Origin: Anaerolineae bacterium
GTDB lineage: Bacteria > Chloroflexota > Anaerolineae > DTPP01
Assembly (NCBI GenBank): GCA_049969295.1
Contig: JBMFPD010000001.1
Span: forward strand, 332 to 64,331
DNA: 64,000 nt
Direction: 5' to 3'
Positions 58,463-64,000 of the stretch are shown piece after piece. The position numbers and the translations under genes were made by a program. The stretch's first letter is position 1. Every line of letters begins with the position of its first letter. Below the pieces are notes generated by a model, which was not told where the DNA came from, ran no database searches, and saw nothing but the letters and a program-made list of their open reading frames with translations.

Positions 58463-60049
58463 CTAGCGTTCCAGGGTCCAGAAGCCGGAGCCCACGGACC
58501 GGAAGGCGTTGTTGGTCGCCAGTTCCACGAACAACGGCCCAGGGGGGCACCTGCGCACCAGGTTCACCGCCGAGTACAGCGTCTTGGCATGGACCGTCCC
58601 CTCGGGGCTGAGCCCAGCCAGTTCAATGAAGACCTCCCGCACGATCTCGGAGAGGGGGGTACCGCGCTCCTGGTGCAGGGCCCACAGGGCATCCACCGCG
58701 TCGGGATCGTCGGCCCAGATGCACATCAGGTCGTCAAACTCGCAGGAGATGGGCTGCTTCAGCATGGAGAAGGTGAGGCGCTCGCCCTCCACCTTCGCCG
58801 TGCGCACCCACAGGCGCTTCATCCGACGGGGTTTGTAGCCCAGGACCAGGACGTGAGGGTTGGCCGTGCGTTCCACCGTCACCAGCCCCCCCACCGGGAT
58901 CTGCTTCTGGGTGTACCACTCCTTCAGGCCGTAGACGTACTTGTGCTCGTGGACCACCCAGCCTTCCCACTCGGCACCGGTCTGGGCATCTACGAAGCGG
59001 ATCTGGGTCCGCTGCTTCGCCGTACCCCTGGGGAAGAGAGGACGGGTCTTCTTGGTGAGAGGCAGGGTGCCGGCCCGCCAGTGGGGGTAGTTCAGGGTCA
59101 GGGTCACCTCGTCCAGAGAGCCCAGGTCCACCGCGCCGAGCATCTCCGCCAGGCCGTTCTCGTCGTCTATCTCCAGTTCCAGGGCCAGGAGTTCCCCGGA
59201 GAGGACGGAACGGTCGCAGGAAGGGACCTCGGCCAGGAACCAGGGGAGGGGCTCCACGGCTGGCCTGGGCATCAGGCGACGCAGGTACCATTTCCGCTCC
59301 TTCTCGGTCCCTACGTCCACGAACCGTTCATCCGTCTCCAGAGCGTAATCCAAGGAGAGGACCTGGATCTCCCGCGGGACCCCGGCCGGCAGGTCCAGTT
59401 CGGGAAGGATCTCCTCTGTCCTCACCGGGCGCCCCTTGACCTCAATGAACGCCTCGGCGATGTTGAGGTGGCCGATGTGGATATCGGCCAACATGGAGCG
59501 CGCGATCCACCGGTCCCCCAGGCGCACGAACCCCGAATCCGCGCGCCCCAGCCACGCTTCCAGTCGCTCCTGCACGCGGCCCCCGAACTCCGCAAAGAGG
59601 TCCGAGGCGGGCCTGAGGGCCAGGGGGAGAGCCCCTTTTTCGTCGTCCCAGTTCAGTTTGTGGGGGGCCTGGAGCCCCGCGGCGAACTCCCGCAGGCCTC
59701 CTTGGCCGGGGAACTCCACCTGGATGACCTCAAAGGGACCGTACTCGGGGTTGAAGCCTTCCCGCACCCCCTTCACGGTGCCCGTGGCGAAGTCCAGCGC
59801 CGGGAACACGATCTGCTGGCCCACCTGGTAGCGGTTCCGGGGCTGGTAGACCGTGCCGCGCGCCAGTTCAGCACGGATGGCCTCCTCTTCCTGGCGGCAG
59901 CGCCAGGCCATCAGGGCCGCAGCCAGGTCCTCCGTGGAGAGGGGACGGCCGGCATCCAGCAGGAGATCGCGCAGATATTCCGCATCCTCAGAGTTGACCT
60001 GGAACCTCTCCAGCCAGAACTCTGGGGTCTGGGTCTTCAGCCGCAACAC
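58463..60049 (-). CDS. Hypothetical protein (528 aa), no recognisable family
   Basis: The GTG at 60049 follows AGGAGGG; the track start at 60085 lacks an RBS. High GC3 bias throughout. Confidence 0.55.
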   Translation of the reverse strand: MLRLKTQTPEFWLERFQVNSEDAEYLRDLLLDAGRPLSTEDLAAALMAWRCRQEEEAIRAELARGTVYQPRNRYQVGQQIVFPALDFATGTVKGVREGFNPEYGPFEVIQVEFPGQGGLREFAAGLQAPHKLNWDDEKGALPLALRPASDLFAEFGGRVQERLEAWLGRADSGFVRLGDRWIARSMLADIHIGHLNIAEAFIEVKGRPVRTEEILPELDLPAGVPREIQVLSLDYALETDERFVDVGTEKERKWYLRRLMPRPAVEPLPWFLAEVPSCDRSVLSGELLALELEIDDENGLAEMLGAVDLGSLDEVTLTLNYPHWRAGTLPLTKKTRPLFPRGTAKQRTQIRFVDAQTGAEWEGWVVHEHKYVYGLKEWYTQKQIPVGGLVTVERTANPHVLVLGYKPRRMKRLWVRTAKVEGERLTFSMLKQPISCEFDDLMCIWADDPDAVDALWALHQERGTPLSEIVREVFIELAGLSPEGTVHAKTLYSAVNLVRRCPPGPLFVELATNNAFRSVGSGFWTLER

Positions 60050-60093
60050 GCTCGGGAACCCTCCTGATCTCTCTTCCGCATGCACACGGGGGG

Positions 60094-60122
60094 ATTATAC
60101 CAAGATGAGGAAGGGTTGACAA
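60094..60122 (-). promoter_or_regulatory. Sigma-70-like promoter (-35 TTGTCA, 17-nt spacer, extended -10 TGGTATAAT) for the 528-aa gene
   Basis: Read from the reverse complement; the predicted TSS is ~38 nt upstream of the GTG. Confidence 0.5.
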
Positions 60123-60209
60123 ATAGTCTCTGCGACCGGGCAGGGTCTCCCTTGCGGTTGCCTTTCGTGCTGGTCGTCTGGGCAAATCCATCTGCTCAGT
60201 TGCGAGGAT

Positions 60210-60254
60210 CAGACCGTAGGGCACGCCTCCTGGCGTGCCTCTGCGCCGGGAAGC
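60210..60254 (-). repeat. Conserved intergenic element, copy 4 (reverse orientation)
   Basis: CAGACCGTAGGGCACGCCTCCTGGCGTGCCTCTGCGCCGGGAAG is the reverse complement of the core at 3716/29205. It lies ~88 nt upstream of the minus-strand promoter. Confidence 0.65.
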
Positions 60255-60330
60255 CCCTTGTAGCATGCCCCCTGGCGTGCCAAAGATGCTGTAAAAAACG
60301 AGACAACCCCAAGCCACGGGCCCTGTGCAG

Positions 60331-60359
60331 TTGCCTTTCGGAACAAGCCGTGATACAAT
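60331..60359 (+). promoter_or_regulatory. Sigma-70-like promoter (-35 TTGCCT, 17-nt spacer, -10 TACAAT) starting a ~320-nt untranslated or unannotated stretch before the next gene
   Basis: Read directly from the sequence. Confidence 0.4.
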
Positions 60360-60686
60360 GGTCCCGATAGGCGTGAGGGCCGTCTTCCGCACCATCTGGC
60401 ATCTCTACAACCCATCGGGGGAGTTGGTTCCGTCCCGGCGCTGCCATCAGAGTTGCACCGGTCCCGAGGACCCTGCCTCGCGGTTGGCCCTGGCCACCCG
60501 GAAAGGGCTCGTCATCCTCCACAGCGTCCAGACCTTCCCCCCGCGCTGGACCCCGTCAGAAGGTACGCCATATGTGAGCCTCCGCCTTGGTAGACCTCGC
60601 TTCTGGCTCTGGGCGCCAGAGGGCAGTGGGCTTTTGACGCGAGGGGCAGCCCGTCCCCCCGTCCCAGACCCTGATGGAGGAAGAAC

Positions 60687-61511
60687 GTGAGCAGCACCTC
60701 AACCCTGTTGCAAGACGCGCTGGACAAGGCCAATCTCCACTACATGCAGGTGGAAGACGAGTTTGGACTCCTCTTCCGGGGAGACTACCGCGACGACATG
60801 CTGGTGGTGGTCAAGGAGGTGGGCGACTACGCCGTGGTCAGCGCAACCCTCCCGAAGTTCCCGCCCGCGCAGGAGGAGACAGTGGCCCACAATTACCTGC
60901 AGCTCACCTTTGACGCCGACATGTTCAAACTGGCCCGCCGCTCCAACGGCGAGTACACCATCGCTGCGGAACTTCCCCTCTCCCTGGTGACACCCCGCAC
61001 CCTGGAAGCGGCCATCCGGGGGGCAGTCCACCTGGTGGACCTGCGCCCTGAGGACCTGTTCTCCCTGGAGGAGATGTCCCAGGCCAACCTCTCCCTGAGC
61101 CTGCGCACCGCCACACTCCTGGGGCCGGAGATTGAGACCGTGGAGAAGAACCTCCCCCGCCAGTTGCGGGAGGCCGGGGTCCAGCCCCAGCCAGTCCAGG
61201 GAGGGAGGGCCTACCTCTTCACCCTCAACCTCGGGGAACTGAAGATCACCATCCTCGCCGTGAGCCAGAGGGCCGTGGTGAGCCTGGTGGCCTTCTTCGC
61301 CGACCTGCAGCCCCACGGCAACCGCCTGGCCTACTACCGCAAGATGGCTGACAGCAACCTGCACATGGACGTCTGCAAGGTGGCCCTGAGCCAGGAAGAC
61401 ACCGTGGCCTTCATGTACCAGCTCCCGGTGCCAGATACAGCGGCCCTGAAACAGGCTCTGGAGCGCCTGCAGGCCTACATCCTCCTCATCGGGCTGGACC
61501 TGGCCGCCTGA
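60687..61511 (+). CDS. Hypothetical protein with two tandem YbjN-like (T3SS-chaperone-like) domains
   Basis: Internal duplication of ~125 aa; GTG start after GGAGGA. Confidence 0.55.
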   Translation: MSSTSTLLQDALDKANLHYMQVEDEFGLLFRGDYRDDMLVVVKEVGDYAVVSATLPKFPPAQEETVAHNYLQLTFDADMFKLARRSNGEYTIAAELPLSLVTPRTLEAAIRGAVHLVDLRPEDLFSLEEMSQANLSLSLRTATLLGPEIETVEKNLPRQLREAGVQPQPVQGGRAYLFTLNLGELKITILAVSQRAVVSLVAFFADLQPHGNRLAYYRKMADSNLHMDVCKVALSQEDTVAFMYQLPVPDTAALKQALERLQAYILLIGLDLAA

Positions 61512-61746
61512 GGGGGGAAAGGCCGCTGCACCTTGCGTCAGCCGTTCGGGCGACCTCACCGCTCGCCCGGTGTCGGCACAGGCCGACGCGCCCGACCTCT
61601 CCCCCGAACCCTCTCCTCACCTGCGGGGAGAGGGCTGGGGGAGGGGTCGTCGCTTCCCGCAGGGGGACGGCCTGACCACCGGACGCGGCATCCGCAAAGC
61701 CATCCGCACAAGCACAAGATGGAACCGGGCCGAACCGCAACCCAAC

Positions 61747-61774
61747 TTGTGCCCCCTTGCGCCTGTGCTATAAT
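61747..61774 (+). promoter_or_regulatory. Sigma-70-like promoter (-35 TTGTGC, 16-nt spacer, extended -10 TGCTATAAT) 8 nt upstream of the ATG, suggesting a leaderless mRNA
   Basis: Read directly from the sequence. Confidence 0.4.
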
Positions 61775-61781
61775 CCCGCCC

Positions 61782-63365
61782 ATGAAGGACGAACCCGGCA
61801 AGATCATCACCAGCCTCAAGCACCGCCGCAGCATAGAGGCAGCCATGCGCGAGATGCTGGAAGCCGCTTCCAGCGAGGAGTTTGAAGCCATGGCTGCCCG
61901 TATCGCCCGGCAGGGTTCCCAGGTCATCCCGGTCATCCTCGCCAACCTGGGCACCACGGACGCGCGCTTCCGAAACGTGCTGGGGACCGTGGCCCGCTAT
62001 CTGGACCGCGACGAGATGGCCTACGCCTTGCGGGAGGTGGTGATGCAGCCCGGGCGCTCGGACCAGGAGCGGACCGCGGCCCTGATGATCTTGGAACGGT
62101 ACCTGGGCGAGGAGATCGGCGATTCCCTGTACGTGGAACTCTCCGACCCCCTGGAAGTGGCCCGGCAGTCCCTGCGGGAAGCGGCCGCAGAGGCGGCGAG
62201 GAGTGCTGAGGCGTACGAGGAGTACCTGCGCAGCCTGGAAGACGAGCCTATGGAGGTGGCCCTCCTGGTCCTCAGGGCAGCCGAGACGCTGGAGCCTCCC
62301 CTCATCGTGGAGCCGCTGCGCCTCCTGGCCCAGGACCCCCGGGAAGCCGTCGCTCAGGAAGCCATCCGCCTGCTGGGCACGCTGCGGGTCCCCGAGGCAG
62401 CTCTCGCCCTGCGGACCCTGCCCCCTTGCCTAGCCCCCGGCCGGCGCAAGGAAGCCGAACGGGCCCTCCGAAAACTGACCCTGGCCGGCGTCTCCACGCC
62501 GCCCCCTCTCCCCGTGGAAGAGTGCTGTCGCCTCCTGGTCAGCCCCGTGGAGGGCCAGGGGGTCCGCTCTGTCTGGGTCCTGGAGCGGACCGGGACGGAG
62601 AACCGTCTGAACCTCCTCGCGGTGATGCTCCAGGACGAGGCGGGCATCGTGGACTGCTTCGGCACAGAAGGGCTCACAGAGAGACCCTTTACTTGGTCCC
62701 CAGACCCCGGCGCCGTCCACCGGCTGAGCCTCCCCCAGCGGGGCTACAGCCTGGACCTCCTGGAAGCAGACCCGGGCTACGCAGTGCGCCTCCTGATGGA
62801 GGGCACTCAGCAGGCCCTGGAACGGCAGGGAAGCCTGCCCCTGGAGTACCGGGTGTGGGGGAAGATGCTCTGGAAATACGATCTGCCGGACCCCAGGCCC
62901 GTCCAACTGCCCGCGGTGTCCCCATCCCAGCGGGACGCGCTGCGCCCGACCCTCAGGCGCTTGCTGGCCCACCCCACCTTTGACTCGTGGACCCCCTGGA
63001 CTCCGGACGTGGAGGCCTGGATCGCGGCCTGGGGGGACCCGTCCCCTCCCAGCCTCAAGACCGACCAGGGGGCCTCCCTGGCGCGCCGTCTGGTCGCCCT
63101 GTACTATCAGGAGGAGGCCCTGGAAGCCTGTCGACGGTGGCTCCTGGCCAACAGTGAGTGGTTCCTGATGGCCGGTGAAGAGGAAATGGCTGCGCTGGCT
63201 CTGGTGGCCGCGGAAGACCTGGACGTAGACACCCGCACCGAGCACCCCTTCCTGTTGGCCCTGGCGGAGAGGGCCCTCCTCCTGGCCTGGGAGGCGGTTC
63301 AGCGAGGAGAATCCCAACCCGCAGCGAGGCGAAAACGACGTGCTCCCCGTCCCGCGAGGGGATAG
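61782..63365 (+). CDS. HEAT/ARM-repeat protein (527 aa), function unknown
   Basis: MKDEPGKIITSLKHRR... with alpha-helical repeats (..EAVAQEAIRLLGTL..). The track ORF has an 83-aa spurious extension covering a degenerate GC hairpin. Confidence 0.6.
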   Translation: MKDEPGKIITSLKHRRSIEAAMREMLEAASSEEFEAMAARIARQGSQVIPVILANLGTTDARFRNVLGTVARYLDRDEMAYALREVVMQPGRSDQERTAALMILERYLGEEIGDSLYVELSDPLEVARQSLREAAAEAARSAEAYEEYLRSLEDEPMEVALLVLRAAETLEPPLIVEPLRLLAQDPREAVAQEAIRLLGTLRVPEAALALRTLPPCLAPGRRKEAERALRKLTLAGVSTPPPLPVEECCRLLVSPVEGQGVRSVWVLERTGTENRLNLLAVMLQDEAGIVDCFGTEGLTERPFTWSPDPGAVHRLSLPQRGYSLDLLEADPGYAVRLLMEGTQQALERQGSLPLEYRVWGKMLWKYDLPDPRPVQLPAVSPSQRDALRPTLRRLLAHPTFDSWTPWTPDVEAWIAAWGDPSPPSLKTDQGASLARRLVALYYQEEALEACRRWLLANSEWFLMAGEEEMAALALVAAEDLDVDTRTEHPFLLALAERALLLAWEAVQRGESQPAARRKRRAPRPARG

Positions 63366-63401
63366 GGAGCCCGCAAAACTCTTCTGGAGGATGGAGAGGA
63401 G

Positions 63402-63599
63402 ATGTTGCCACATCTCGGCGTTCCTGAACTGATCATCATCTTGGTGATCATCATCATCATCTTCGGCGTGGGCAGGCTGCCGGAGATCGGTGGGGCCATC
63501 GGCAAGGGCATTCGGGAGTTCCGCAAGGCCCAGGAGGAGCCGGAAAAACTGCCCCCCGCCCCGTCCGAAGGGAAGAAAGAAGAGACCGAGGCCAAGTAG
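63402..63599 (+). CDS. tatA: Twin-arginine translocase subunit TatA/E
   Basis: MLPHLGVPELIIILVIIIIIFGVGRLPEIGGAIGKGIREFRKAQ... Confidence 0.85.
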   Translation: MLPHLGVPELIIILVIIIIIFGVGRLPEIGGAIGKGIREFRKAQEEPEKLPPAPSEGKKEETEAK

Positions 63600-63723
63600 T
63601 CAGAAGGGCCCCAACACAACGGCGTGCTTCAGCCCTCTGCTCGTTGGGGGGCCTTGACGCTCGGCGGAGTCGCTTCGGCGGGCAAGGCTGGCTGTCCTAC
63701 GCCCTGGCCAAGGAGAGGGCAGC

Positions 63724-64000
63724 ATGGTGGACTTCGGCCCAGAGGAGAGGGCGGAGTACCTCCGCCTTTTCTGCGAGGAGGCGGAAGAGCAACTCCGCGC
63801 CATCGGAGAGGGGCTCCTGGCCCTTCGCAGGGACCCGGGGCGGTTGGAATGGGCCCGGGAACCGCACCGCGCCGCCCACACCCTGAAGGGGTCGGCGGGG
63901 TACCTGGGCCTGGAAGGGATCGGCGCGCTGGCTCGGGCCGTGGAAAGGACGCTGAAGGGGATCGCGGAGGGCCGCACCTCCCTCACCCCGGAACGGGAAG
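63724..64000 (+). CDS. Hpt (histidine phosphotransfer) domain protein, probably a CheA N-terminus; runs off the window end
   Basis: Translated by hand: MVDFGPEERAEYLRLFCEEAEEQLRAIGEGLLAL...AHTLKGSAGYLGLEGIG... with the RBS AAGGAGAGG. Absent from the track because there is no in-window stop. Confidence 0.6.
   Translation, partial: MVDFGPEERAEYLRLFCEEAEEQLRAIGEGLLALRRDPGRLEWAREPHRAAHTLKGSAGYLGLEGIGALARAVERTLKGIAEGRTSLTPERE

Noticed and set aside
60325-60690. Track ORF of 121 aa in the 600-nt intergenic region as a real protein.
   Set aside because: Its start codon lies inside the predicted -10 box. The sequence is low-complexity with no family signal, and GC3 is lower than in neighbouring genes. 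It is kept only as a possibility within the intergenic finding.

Overview
High-GC (~68%) bacterial chromosomal window, probably a thermophile in the Chloroflexi/Thermus style (GTG/TTG starts, zinc-ribbon ribosomal proteins). Positions 1-22.7 kb carry the complete str/S10/spc/alpha ribosomal-protein superoperon on the plus strand: rpoC C-terminus, rpsL-rpsG-fusA-tuf, rpsJ through rpsQ, rplN through rplO, secY-adk-map, rpmJ-rpsM-rpsK-rpsD-rpoA-rplQ, then truA-rplM-rpsI; infA is absent. The rest is accessory: a sugar ABC importer, a NUDIX hydrolase, ilvD divergent from an EF-G paralogue whose catalytic His is replaced by Tyr, and a GAF histidine kinase with a tandem-HTH regulator. It also has an 8-gene aromatic (tyrosine-type) biosynthesis operon: aroH, DAHP synthase, tyrA, aroA, aroE, aroC, an aroK-aroB fusion and aroQ, preceded by what looks like an undescribed Tyr/Phe-codon leader-peptide attenuator (peptide ...GYYYYFAF... 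with antiterminator and terminator hairpins). A 13-kb minus-strand operon with start/stop-overlapping genes couples a lipid-linked amino-sugar glycosylation module (DegT aminotransferase, GT2, DUF2079-like membrane protein, GT-C ArnT/PMT-like transferase) with a SAM hydrolase, murA and two secreted metallopeptidases (M6, M1). Several hypothetical proteins, tatA and a cheA-like Hpt fragment end the window. Two repeat families recur in intergenic DNA. One is a ~47-nt palindrome-containing element in four copies, always 35-90 bp upstream of sigma-70-like promoters (tuf, fusA2, aro operon, a hypothetical gene). The other is a set of GC-rich poly-C/poly-G hairpin repeats. No rRNA, tRNA or CRISPR arrays were found. 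Many long antisense ORFs in the six-frame track are GC-composition artefacts. Gene starts were trimmed using Shine-Dalgarno sites and family N-termini.
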